From Eledone cirrhosa (taxonomy: Eukaryota), in assembly GCA_964016885.1 (NCBI GenBank), contig OZ024743.1, positions 137,516,001 through 137,580,000 on the forward strand: a DNA stretch of 64,000 nucleotides, read 5' to 3'. Both the position numbers and the translations under genes were made by a program. Under the pieces are notes generated by a model. The model was not told the DNA's origin, did not search any database, and saw only the letters and a program-made list of their open reading frames with translations. Positions 1 to 11,900 of the stretch are shown one piece after another (the first letter of the stretch is position 1; each line of letters starts with the position of its first letter).

Positions 1-3000
1 GGTATTTGGTGTTTGCTGTTTGCTGTTTGGTGTCTGCTTTTTGGTGTTTGGTGTTTGCTCTATGGTGTTTGGTGTTTGGTGTTTGGTGTTTCCTATTAGG
101 TCTTTAGTCTTTCGTGCTTGGTGTTTGGTGCTTGGTGCTTGGTATTTGGTGTTTGGTGCTTGGTGCTTGGTGTTTCGTGCTGCGTGCTTGGTGTTTGGTG
201 CTTGGTGCTTGGTGCTTGGTGTTTGGTGTTTGGTGTTTGATGTTTGGTGCTTGGTGCTTGGTGTTTGGTGCTTGGTGATTGATGCTTGGTGTTTTGTGCT
301 TGGTGCTAGGTGTTTGGTTTTTGGTGCTAGGTGCTTGGTGCTTGGTGTTTGGTGCTTGGTGTTTGGTGTTTGGTGCTTGGTGCTTGGTGCTTGGTGTTTG
401 GTGCTTGGTTCTTGGTGCTTGGTGTTTGGTGTTTGGTGTTTGGTGCTTGGTGCTTGGTGCTGGGAGTTTGGTGCTTGGTGCTTGGTGTTTGCTGCATGGT
501 GCTTGGTGCTTGGTGTATGTCGCTTGGTGCTTGGTGCTTGGTGTTTGGTGCTTGGTGTTTGGTGTTTGGTGCTTGGTGCTTGGTCTGTGGTGTTTGCTGT
601 TTGCTGTTTGGTGTTTGGTGTTTGCTGTTTGCTGTTTGGTGTCTGCTTTTTCGTGTTTGGTGTTTGCTGTATGGTGTTTGCTGTTTCATGTTTGGAGTTT
701 GCTGTTTGCTGTTTGCTGTTTCCTGTTTGCTGTTTGGTGTTTGGTGCTTGGTGCTTGGTGCTTGGTGTTTGGTGTTTGGTGCTTGGGGCTTGATGTTTGG
801 TGTTTGGTGCTTGGTGTCTGGTGTTTGGTGCTTGGTGCTTGGTGATTAGTGCTTGGTGCTTGCTGCTTGGGGTTTGGTGTTTGGTGCTTGGTGCTTGGTG
901 TTTGGTGCTTGGTGTTTGGTGTTTGGTGCTTGGTGTTTGGTGTTTGGTGTTTGGTGTTTGGTGTTTGGTGTTTGCTGTTTGCTGTTTGGTGTCTGCTTTT
1001 TGGTGTTTGGTGTTTGCTGTATGGTGTTTGCTGTTTCGTGTTTATTGTTTGCTGTTTGGTGTTTGGTGTTTCCTGTTTGGTCTTTAGTCTTTGGTGCTTG
1101 GTGTTTGGTGCTTGGTGCTTGGTATTTGGTGTTTGGTGCTTGGTGCTTGGTGTTTGGTGCTTGGTGCTTGGTGCTTGTTGTTTGGTGTTTGGTGTTTGGT
1201 GTTTGGTGCTTGGTGCTTGGTGTTTGGTGCTTGGTGCTTGGTGTTTCCTGCTGCGTGCTTGGTGTTTTGTGCCTGGTGCTTGGTGCTTGGTGTTTGGTGT
1301 TTGGTGCTTGGTGTTTGGTGCTTGGTGCTAGGTGCTTGGTGTTTGGTGCTTAGTGCTTGGTGTTTGGTGCTTGGTGCTTCGTGTTTGGTGTTTGCTGTTT
1401 GCTGTTTGGTGTTTGCCGTTTGCTGTTTGGTGTTTGCTGTTTGGTGTTTGGTGTTTGGTGCTTGCTGTTTGGTGCTTGGTGTTTGGTGCTTGGTGCTTGG
1501 TGTTTTGTGTTTGGTGCTTGGGGCTTGATGTTTGGTGTTTGGTGCTTGGTGTTTGGTGCTTGGTGCTTGGTGCTGGGTGTTTGGTGCTTGGTGCTTGGTG
1601 TTTGGTGCATGGTGCTTGGTGCTTGGTGTTTGGTGCTTGGTGTTTGGTGTTTGGTGCTTGGTGCTTGGTGCTTGGTGTTTTGTGTTTGTTGTTTGGTGTT
1701 TGGTGTTTGGTGTTTGCTCTTTGCTGTTTGGTGTCTGCTTTTTCGCGTTTGGTGTTTGCTGTATGGTGTTTGCTGTTTCATGTTTGGTGTTTGGTGCTTG
1801 GTGCTTGGTGCTTGGTGTTTGGTGTTTGGTGCTTGGTGTTTGGTGCTTAGTGCTTGGTGCTTGGTGTTTGGTGCTTGGTGCCTGGTGCTTGTTGTTTGGT
1901 GCTTGGTGCTTGGTGCTTGGTGTTTTGTGTTTGTTGTTTGCTGTTTGATGTTTGGTGTTTGCTCTTTGCTGTTTGGTGTCTGCTTTTTCGTGTTTGCTGC
2001 TTGCTGTTTGGTGTTTCCTCTTTGCTGTTTGGTGTTTTGTGCTTGGTGCTTGGTGCTTGGTGTTTGGTGTTTGGTGCTTGGTGTTTGGTGCTTAGTGCTT
2101 GGTGTTTGGTGTTTGGTGCTTGGTGCCTGGTGCTTGTTGTTTGGTGTTTGGTGCTTGGTGCTTGATGTTTGGTGTTTGGTGCTTGGTGTCTGGTGTTTGG
2201 TGCTTGGTGTTTGGTGTTTGGTGCTTGGTGCTTGGTGTTTGGTGTTTGGTGCTTGGTGCTTGGTGTTTGGTGTTTTGTGCTTGGTGTTTGGTGCTTGGTG
2301 CTTGGTGTTTGGTGTTTGGTGCTTGGTGCTTGGTGTTTGGTGTTTGATGCTTGGTGTTTGATGCTTGGTGCTTGGTGCTTGGTGTTTGGTGCTTGGTGCT
2401 TGGTGTTTGTACTTGGTGCTTGGTGCTTGGTGTTTGGTGCTTGGTGCTTGGTGTTTGGTGCTTGGTTCTTGGTGTTTGGTGCTTGGTGCTTGGTGTTTGG
2501 TGCTTGGTGCTTGGTGTTTGGTGTTTGGTGCTTGGTGTTTGGTGCTTGGTGCTTGGTGCTTGGTGGTTGGTGTTAGGTGTTTGGTGCTTGGTGCTTGGTG
2601 TTTTGTGCTTCGTGCTCGGTGCTTGGTGTTTGGTGCTTGGTGCTTGGTGTTTGGTGCTTGGTGTTTGGTGCTTGGTGTTTGGTGTTTGGTGTTTGGTGCT
2701 TGGTGCTTGGTGTTTGGTGCTTGGTGCTTGGTGCTTGTTGTTTGGTGCTTGGTGCTTGGTGGTTGGTGTTTGGTGCTTGGTTCCTGGTGCATGGTGTTTG
2801 GTGCTTGATGCTTGGTGTTTGGTGTTTGGTGCTTGGTGTTTGGTGATTGGTGCTTGGTGCTTGGTGCTTGGTGCTTGGTGTCTGGTGTTTGGTGCTTGCT
2901 GCTTGCTGCTTGGTGTTTGGTGCCTGGTGATTGGTGCTTGGTGTTTGGTGCTTGTTGTTTGGTGCTTGGTGCTTGGTGTTTGGTGTTTGGTGCTTGGTGT

Positions 3001-6000
3001 TTGGTGCTTGGTGCTTGGTGCTGGGTTGTTGGCGTTTGGTGCTTGGTGCTTGGTGTTTGGCGCTTGGTGCTTGGTGCTTGGTGTTTGGTGCTTGGTCTTT
3101 GGTGCTTGGTGTTTGGTGTTTGGTGCTTGGTGCTTGGTGTTTGGTGCTTGGTGCTTGGTGATTAGTGTTTGGTGCTTGGTGCTTGTGGTTTGGTGTTTGG
3201 TGCTTGGTGTTTGGTGCTTGGTGCTTGGTGTTTGGTGCTTGGTGTTTGGTTTTTGCTGTTTGGTGTTTGGTGTCTGCTTTTTGGTGTTTGGTGTTTGCTG
3301 TATGGTGTTTGCTGTTTCGTGTTTATTGTTTGCTGTTTGGTGTTTGGTGTTTCCTGTTTGGTCATTAGTCTTTGGTGCTTGGTGTTTGGTGCTTGGTGCT
3401 TGGTGCTTGGTGTTTGGTGCTTGGTGCTTGGTGCTTGTTGTTTGGTGCTTGGTGCTTGGTGTTTGGTGCTTGGTGTTTGGTGCTTGGTGTTTGGTGTTTG
3501 CTCTTTGCTGTTTGGTGTTTGGTGTTTGCTGTTTCGTGTTTGGTGTTTGGTGTTTGCTGTTTGGTGTTTGCTGTTTGGTGCTTGGTGTTTGGTGCTTGGT
3601 GCTTGGTGTTTGGTGTTTGGTGTTTGGTGCTTGGTGCTTGGGGCTTGGTGTTTGGTGCTTGGTGCTTGGTGCTTGGTGTTTGGTGTTTGGTGCTTGGTGT
3701 TTGGTGCTTGGTGCTTGGTGCTGGGTGTTTGGTGCTTGGTGCTTGGTGTTTGGTGCATGGTGCTTTGTTTTTGGTGTTTGTCACTTGGTGCTTGGTGCTT
3801 GGTGTTTGGTGCTTAGTGTTTGGTGTTTGGTGCTTGGTGCTTGGTGTTTGGTGCTTGGTGCTTGGTGTTTGTTGCTCGGTACTTGGTGCATGGTGTTTGG
3901 TGCTGGGTGCTTGGTGTTTGGTGCTTGGTGTTTGGTGCTTGGTGTTTGGTGTTTGGTGCTTCGTGCTTGGGGCTTGGTGTTTGGTGCTAGGTGCTTGGTG
4001 CTTGGTGCTTGGTGTTTGGTGCTTGGTGTTTGGTGCTTGGTACTTGGGGCTTGGTGTTTGGTGCTTGGTGCTTGGGGTTTGGTGCTTGGTGCTTGGTGTT
4101 TGGTGTTTGGTGCTTGGTGCTTGGTGCTTGGTGCTGGGTGGTTGGTGTTTGGTGCTTGGTGCTTGGTGTTTGGTGCTTGGTGCTTGGTGCTTGGTGTTTG
4201 GTGCTTGGTGCTTGGTGCTTGGTCTTTGGTGCTTGGTGTTTGGTGTTTGGTGCTTGGTGCTTGGTGTTTGGTGCTTGGTGCTTGGTGATTAGTGTTTGGT
4301 GCTTGGTGCTTGTGGTTTGGTGTTTGGTGCTTGGTGCTTGGTGTTTGGTGCTTGGTGCTTGGTGTTTGGTGCTTGGTGTTTCGGTTTTGCTGTTTGGTGT
4401 TTGGTGTTTGGTGTTTGCTGTTTGCTGTGTGCTGTTTGGTGTCTGCTTTTTGGTGTTTGTTGTTTGCTGTATGGTGTTTGGTGTTTGGTGTTTGGTGTTT
4501 CCTTTTTCGTCTTTAGTCTTTGGTGCTTGGTGTTTGGTGCTTGGTGCTTGGTGCTTGGTGTTTGGTGCTTGGTGCTTGGTGCTTGTTGTTTGGTGATTGG
4601 TGCTTGGTGTTTGGTGTTTGGTGCTTGGGGCTTGGTGTTTGGTGCTGCGTGCTTGGTGCTTGGTGCTTGGTGCTTGGTGCTTGGTGTTTTGTGTTTGGTG
4701 TTTGATGCTTGGTGTTTGGTGTTTGGTGTTTGGTGCTTGGTGCTTGGTGTTTGGTGTTTGATGCTTGGTGCTTGATGCTTGGTGCTTGGTGCTTGGTATT
4801 TGGTGCTTGGTGCTTGGTGTTTGTACTTGGTGCTTGGTGCTTGGTGTTTGGTGCTTGGTGTTTGGTGCTTGGTGTTTGGTGTTTGCTCTTTGCTGTTTGG
4901 TGTTTGGTGTTTGCTGTTTCGTGTTTGGTGTTTGGTGTTTGCTGTTTGGTGTTTGCTGTTTGGTGCTTGGTGTTTGGTGCTTGGTGCTTGGTGTTTGGTG
5001 TTTGGTGTTTGGTTCTTGGTGCTTAGGGCTTGGTGTTTGGTGCTTGGTGCTTGGTGCTTGGTGCTTGGTGTTTGGTGTTTGGTGCTTGGTGTTTGGTGCT
5101 TGGTGCTTGGTGCTGGGTGTTTGGTGCTTGGTGCTTGGTGTTTGGTGCATGGTGCTTTGTTTTTGGTGTTTGTCGCTTGGTGCTTGGTGCTTGGTGTATG
5201 GTGCTTGGTGTTTGGTGTTTGGTGCTTGGTGCTTGGTGTTTGGTGTTTGGTGCTTGGTGTTTGGTGTTTGGTGCTTGGTGCTTGGTGTTTGTTGCTCGGT
5301 ACTTGGTGCATGGTGTTTGGTGCTGGGTGCTTGGTGTTTGGTGCTTGGTGTTTGGTGCTTGGTGTTTGGTGTTTGGTGCTTCGTGCATGGGGCTTGGTGT
5401 TTGGTGCTAGGTGCTTGGTGCTTGGTGTTTGGTGCTTGGTGTTTGGTGCTTGGTACTTGGGGCTTGGTGTTTGGTGCTTGGTGCTTGGGGTTTGGTGCTT
5501 GGTGCTTGGTGTTCGGTGTTTGGTGCTTGGTGCTTGGTGCTTGGTGCTGGGTGGTTGGTGTTTGGTGCTTGGTGCTTGGTATTTGGTGCTTGGTGCTTGG
5601 TGCTTGGTGTTTGGTGCTTGGTGCTTGGTGCTTGGTCTTTGGTGCTTGGTGTTTGGTGTTTGGTGCTTGGTGATTGGTGTTTGGTGCTTGGTGCTTGTGG
5701 TTTGGTGTTTGGTGCTTGGTGCTTGGTGTTTGGTGCTTGGTGCTTGGTGTTTGGTGCTTGGTGTTTGCTGTTTGGTGTCTGCTTTTTGGTGTTTGGTGTT
5801 TGGTGTTTGGTGTTTGGTGTTTGCTGTTTGCTGTTTGGTGTCTGCTTTTTGGTGTTTGGTGTTTGCTGTATGGTGTTTGGTGTTTGGTGTTTGGTGTTTC
5901 CTGTTTGGTCTTTAGTCTTTGGTGCTTGGTGTTTGGTGCTTGGTGCTTGGTGTTTGGTGTTTGGTTCTTGGTGCTTGGTGTTTGGTGCTTGGTGCTTGGT

Positions 6001-8849
6001 GCTTGTTGTTTGGTGATTGGTGTTGGTGCTTGGTGTTTGGTGTTTGGTGCTTGGGGCTTGGTGCTTGGTGCTGCGTGCTTGGTGCTTGGTGCTTGGTGCT
6101 TGGTGTTTTGTGTTTGGTGTTTGATACTTGGTGTTTGGTGTTTGGTGTTTGGTGCTTGGTGTTTGGTGTTTGGTGTTTGGTGCTTGGTGCTTGGTGTTTG
6201 ATGCTTGGTGCTTGATGCTTGGTGCTTGGTGTTTGGTGCTTGGTGTTTGTACTTGGTGCTTGGTGCTTGGTGTTTGGTGCTTGGTGTTTGGTGCTTGCTG
6301 TTTGGTGTTTGCTGTTTGCTGTTTGGTGTTTGCTGTTTGGTGTTTGCTGTTTGGTGTTTGCTGTTTGGTGTTTGGTGCTTGCTGTTGGGTGCTTGGTGTT
6401 TGGTGCTTGGTGCTTACTGTTTGGTGTTTGGTGTTTGGTGCTTGGTGCTTGGGGCTTGGTGTTTGGTGCTTGGTGCTTGGTGCTTGGTGTTTGGTGTTTG
6501 GTGCTTGGTGTTTGGTGCTTGGTGCTGGGTGTTTGGTGCTTGGTGTTTGGTTCATGGTGCTTGGTGCTTGGTGTTTGTCGCTTGGTGCTTGGTGCTTGGT
6601 GTTTGGTGCTTGGTATTTGGTGATTGGTGCTTGGTGTTTGGTGTTTGGTGCTTCGTGCTTGGTGTTTGGTGTTTGGTGCTTGGTGTTTGGTGTTTGGTGC
6701 TGGGTGCTTGGTGTTTGGTGCTTGGTGTTTGGTGCTTGGTGCTTGGTGTTTGGTGTTTGGTGTTTGATGCTAGGTGTTTGATGCTTGGTGCTTGGTGCTT
6801 GGTGTTTGGTGCTTGGTGTTTGTACTTGGTGTTTGGTGCTTGGTGTTTTGTGCTTGGTTCTTGGTGTTTGGTGTTTGGTGCTTGGTGCTTGGTGCTTGGT
6901 GTTAGGTGTTTGGTGCTTGGTGCTTGGTGTTTGGTGTTTGTTCCTTGGTGCTTGGTGTTTAGTGCTTGGTGCTTGGTGTTTGTTGTTTGGTGTTTTCTGC
7001 TTGTTGCTTGGTGTTTGGTGCTTGGTGCTTGGTGCTTGGTGTTTGGTGTTTGGTGCTAGGTGCTTGGTGTTTGGTGTTTGGTGTTTGGTGTTTGATGCTT
7101 GGTGTTTGGTGCTTGGTGTTTGGTGTTTGGTGCTTGGTGCTTGCGGCTTGGTGTTTGGTGCTTGGTGCTTGGTGCTGGGTGGTTGGTATTTGGTGCTTGG
7201 TGCTTGGTGTTTGGTGCTTGGTGCTTGGTGCTTGGTGTTTGGTGCTTGGTGCTTGGTGCTTGGTCTTTGGTGCTTGGTGTTTGGTGCTTGGTGCTTGGTG
7301 CTTGGTGTTTGGTGCTTGGTGATTAGTGTTTGGTGCTTGGTGCTTGGGGTTTGGTGTTTGGTGCTTGGTACTTGGTGTTTGGTGCTTCGTGTTTGGTGTT
7401 TGCTGTTTGGTGTTTGGTGTTTGGTGTATGCTGTTTGGTGTCTGCTTTTTGGTGTTTGGTGTTTGCTGTATGGTGTTTGCTGTTTGGTGTTTGGTGTTTG
7501 CTGTTTTGTGTTTAGTGTTTGCTGTTTGGTCTTTGGTCTTTGGTGCTTGGTGTTTGGTGCTTGGTGCTTGGTGTTTGGTGTTTGGTGCTTGGTGTTTGGT
7601 GTTTGGTGCTTGGTGCTTGGTGTTTGGTGTTTGGTGTTTGGTGCTTGGTGTTTGGTGTTTGGTGTTTGGTGCTTGGTGCTTGGTGTTTGGTGTTTCGTGT
7701 TTGGTGTTTGGTGCTTGTTGCTTGGTGCTTGGTGCTTGGTGTTTGGTGCTTGGTGCTTGGTGTTTGGTGCTTGGTGCTTGGTGTTTGGTGTTTGGTGCTT
7801 GGTGTTTGGTGTTTGGTGTTTGGTGTTATATGCTTGGTGCTTGGTGCTTGGTGTTTGGTGCTTGGTGCTTGGTGTGTGGTGCTTGTTGCTTGGTACTTGG
7901 TGCTTGGTGTTTGGTGCTTGGTGCCTGGTGTTTGGTGCTTGGTGCTTGGTGCTTGGTGTTTGGTGCTTGGTGCTTGGTGTTTGGTGTTTGGTGCTTGGTG
8001 TTTGGTGTTTGGTGTTTGGTGCTTGGTGCTTGGTGTTTGGTGCTTGGTGCTTGGTGTTTGGTGTTTCGTGTTTGGTGTTTGGTGCTTGTTGCTTGGTGCT
8101 TGGTGCTTGGTGCTTGGTGCTTGGTGCTTGGTGTTTGGTGTTTGGTGCTTGGTGCTTGGTGTTTGGTGTTTGGTGTTATATGCTTGGTGTTTGATGCTTG
8201 GTGCTTGGTGCTTGGTGTTTGGTGCTTGGTGCTTGGTGTTTGTACTTGGTGCTTGGTGTTTGGTGCTTGGTGTTTGGTGCTTGGTGCCTGGTGCTTGGTG
8301 CTTGGTGCTTGGTGTTTGGTGCTTGGTGTTTGGTGCTTGGTGTTAGGTGTTTGGTGCTTGGTGCTTGGTGTTTGGTGCTTGGTATTTGGTGCTTGGTGCT
8401 TGGTGTTTGGTGTCTGGTGCTTGGTGTTTGGTGCTTGGTACTTGGTGCTTGGTGCTTGGTGTTAGGTGTTTGGTGCTTGGTGCTTGGTGTTTGGTTTTTG
8501 GTGTTTGGTGCTTGGTGTTTGGTGTTTGGTGCTTGCTGCTGGCTGCTTGGTGTTTGGTGCTTGGTGATTGGTGCTTGGTGTTTGGTGCTTGGTGTTTGGT
8601 GTTTGGTACTAGGTGCTTGGTGCTTGGAGTTTGGTGCTTGGTGCTTGGTGTCTGGTGTTTGGTGTTTGGTGCTTGGTGCTTGGTGTTTGGTGCTTGGTCT
8701 TTGGTGCTTGGTGTTTGGTGCTTGGTGCTTGGTGTTTGGTGCTTAGTGCTTGGTGATTAGTGTTTGGTGCTTGGTGCTTGTGGTTTGGTGTTTGGTGCTT
8801 GGTGCTTGGTGTTTGGTGCTTGGTGCTTGGTGTTTGGTGCTTGGTGTTT

Positions 8850-11800
8850 GGTTTTTGCTGTTGGCTGTTTGGTGTTTGGTGTTTGCTGTTTGCTGTTTGG
8901 TGTCTGCTTTTTGGTGTTTGGTGTTTGCTGTATGGTGTTTGCTGTTTCGTGTTTATTGTTTGCTGTTTGGTGTTTGGTGTTTGGTGTTTCCTGTTTGGTC
9001 TTTAGTCTTTGGTGCTTGGTGTTTGGTGCTTGGTGCTTGGTGTTTGGTGCTTGGTGGTTGGTGCTTGTTGTTTGGTGATTGGTGCTTGGTGTTTGGTGGT
9101 TGGTGCTTGGTGCTTGGTGTTTGGTGCTGCGTGCTTGGTGCTTGGTGCTTGGTGCTTGGTGTTTTGTGTTTGGTGTTTGATGCTTGGTGTTTGGTGTTTG
9201 GTGTTTGGTGCTTGGTGCTTGGTGTTTGGTGTTTGATGCTTGGTGCTTGATGCTTGGTGCTTGGTGCTTGGTGTTTGGTGCTTGGTGCTTGGTGATTGTA
9301 CTTGGTGCTTGGTGCTTGGTGTTTGGTGCTTGGTGTTTGGTGCTTGGTGTTTGGTGTTTGCTCTTTGCTGTTTGGTGTTTGGTGTTTGCTGTTTGGTGTT
9401 TGGTGTTTGGTGTTTGCTGTTTGGTGTTTGTTGTTTGGTGCTTGGTGTTTGGTGCTTGGTGCTTGGTGTTTGGTGTTTGGTGTTTGGTGCTTGGTGCTTG
9501 GGGCTTGGTGTTTGGTGCTTGGTGCTTGGTGCTTGGTGTTTGGTGTTTGGTGCTTGGTGTTTGGTGCTTGGTGCTTGGTGCTGGGTGTTTGGTGCTTGGT
9601 GCTTGGTGTTTGGTGCATGGTGCTTGGTTTTTGGTGTTTGTCGCTTGATGCTTGGTGCTTGGTGTTTGGTGCTTGGTGTTTGGTGTTTGGTGCTTGGTGC
9701 TTGGTGTTTGGTGTTTGGTGCTTGATGTTTGGTGTTTGGTGCTTGGTGCTTGGTGTTTGTTGCTTGGTACTTGGTGCATGGTGTTTGATGCTTGGTGTTT
9801 GATGCTTGGTGCTTGGTGTTTGGTGCTTGGTGTTTGTACTTGGTGCTTGGTGCTTGGTGTTTTGTGCTTGGTTCTTGGTGTTTGGTGTTTGGCGCTTGGT
9901 GCTTGGTGTTAGGTGTTTGGTGCTTGGTGCTTGGTGTTTGGTGTTTGGTCCTTGGTGCTTGGTGTTTAGTGCTTGGTGCTTGGTGTTTTTTGTTTGGTGC
10001 TTTCTGCTTGCTGCTTGGTGTTTGGTGCTTGGTGATTGGTGCTTGGTGTTTGGTGCTTGGTGCTTGGTGTTTGGTGTTTGGTGCTAGGTGCTTGGTGTTT
10101 GGTGTTTGGTGTTTGGTGCTTGGTGTTTGGTGCTTGGTACTTGGGGCTTGGTGTTTGGTGCTTGGTGCTTGGTGTTTGGTGTTTGGTGCTTGGGGCTTGG
10201 TGTTTGGTGTTGCGTGCTTGGTGCTTGGTGCTTGGTGCTTGGTGTTTTGTGTTTGGTGTTTGATGCTTGGTGTTTGGTGTTTGGTGTTTGGTGCTTGGTG
10301 TTTGGTGTTTGGTGTTTGGTGCTCGGTGCTTGGTGTTTGATGCTTGGTGCTTGATGCTTGGTGCTTGGTGTTTGGTGCTTGGTGTTTGGTTTTTGCTGTT
10401 TGCTGTTTGGTGTTTGGTGTTTGCTGTTTGCTGTTTGGTGTCTGCTTTTTGGTGTTTGGTGTTTGCTGTATGGTGTTTGCTGTTTCGTGTTTATTGTTTG
10501 CTGTTTGGTGTTTGGTGTTTGGTGTTTCCTGTTTGGTCTTTAGTCTTTGGTGCTTGGTGTTTGGTGCTTGGTGCTTGGTGTTTGGTGCTTGGTGTTTGGT
10601 TTTTGCTGTTTGCTGTTTGGTGTTTGGTGTTTGCTGTTTGCTGTTTGGTGTCTGCTTTTTGGTGTTTGGTGTTTGCTGTATGGTGTTTGCTGTTTCGTGT
10701 TTATTGTTTGCTGTTTGGTGTTTGGTGTTTGGTGTTTCCTGTTTGGTCTTTAGTCTTTGGTGCTTGGTGTTTGGTGCTTGGTGCTTGGTGTTTGGTGCTT
10801 GGTGGTTGGTGCTTGTTGTTTGGTGATTGGTGCTTGGTGTTTGGTGGTTGGTGCTTGGGGCTTGGTGTTTGGTGCTGCGTGCTTGGTGCTTGGTGCTTGG
10901 TGCTTGGTGTTTTGTGTTTGGTGTTTGATGCTTGGTGTTTGGTGTTTGGTGTTTGGTGCTTGGTGCTTGGTGTTTGGTGTTTGATTCTTGGTGCTTGATG
11001 CTTGGTGCTTGGTGCTTGGTGTTTGGTGCTTGGTGCTTGGTGATTGTACTTGGTGCTTGGTGCTTGGTGTTTGGTGCTTGGTGTTTGGTGCTTGGTGTTT
11101 GGTGTTTGCTCTTTGCTGTTTGGTGTTTGGTGTTTGCTGTTTGGTGTTTGGTGTTTGGTGCTTGGTGTTTGGTGCTTGGTGCTTGGTGTTTGGTGTTTGG
11201 TGTTTGGTGCTTGGTGCTTGGGGCTTGGTGTTTGGTGCTTGGTGATTGGTGCTTGGTGTTTGGTGTTTGGTGCTTGGTGTTTGGTGCTTGGTGCTTGGTG
11301 CTGGGTGTTTGGTGCTTGGTGCTTGGTGTTTGGTGCATGGTGCTTGGTTTTTGGTGTTTGTCGCTTGATGCTTGGTGCTTGGTGTTTGGTGCTTGGTGTT
11401 TGTACTTGGTGCTTGGTGCTTGGTGTTTTGTGCTTGGTGCTTGGTGTTAGGTGTTTGGTGCTTGGTGCTTGGTGTTTGGTGTTTGGTCCTTGGTGCTTGG
11501 TGTTTAGTGCTTGGTGCTTGGTGTTTTTTGTTTGGTGCTTTCTGCTTGCTGCTTGGTGTTTGGTGCTTGGTGATTGGTGCTTGGTGTTTGGTGCTTGGTG
11601 CTTGGTGTTTGGTGTTTGGTGCTAGCTGCTTGGTGTTTGGTGTTTGGTGTTTGTTGCTTGGTGTTTGGTGCTTGGTACTTGGGGCTTGGTGTTTGGTGCT
11701 TGGTGCTTGGTGTTTGGTGTTTGGTGCTTGGGGCTTGGTGTTTGGTGTTGCGTGCTTGGTGCTTGGTGCTTGGTGCTTGGTGTTTTGTGTTTGGTGTTTG

Positions 11801-11900
11801 ATGCTTGGTGTTTGGTGTTTGGTGTTTGGTGCTTGGTGTTTGGTGTTTGGTGTTTGGTGCTTGGTGCTTGGTGTTTGATGCTTGGTGCTTGATGCTTGGT
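8850..11900 (+). repeat. Local duplication with 1.54-1.75 kb offset
   Basis: Matching translations at 9009/10757, 9184/10932, 9240/10988 and 9296/11044 (offset 1748), and at 10036/11574 and 10267/11805 (offset 1538). Confidence 0.8.
10360..10800 (+). repeat. Near-perfect 210-bp (30-unit) tandem duplication of a GCTGTTT island
   Basis: Sequence from 10381 matches sequence from 10591. GTCTGCTTTTT at 10440 and 10650; CCTGTTTGGTCTTTAGTCTTT at about 10528 and 10738. Confidence 0.92.

Noticed and set aside
4132-4145. Chi-like motif GCTGGGTGG in the recurrent GGTGCTG-GGTGGTT landmark
   Set aside because: It is not the E. coli Chi octamer GCTGGTGG (extra G) and is explained by two point variants of adjacent units amplified with the module.
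7825-7833. GTTATATGC as a TATA or -10 promoter element
   Set aside because: It is two adjacent unit variants repeated with the module, with no other promoter context or downstream gene.
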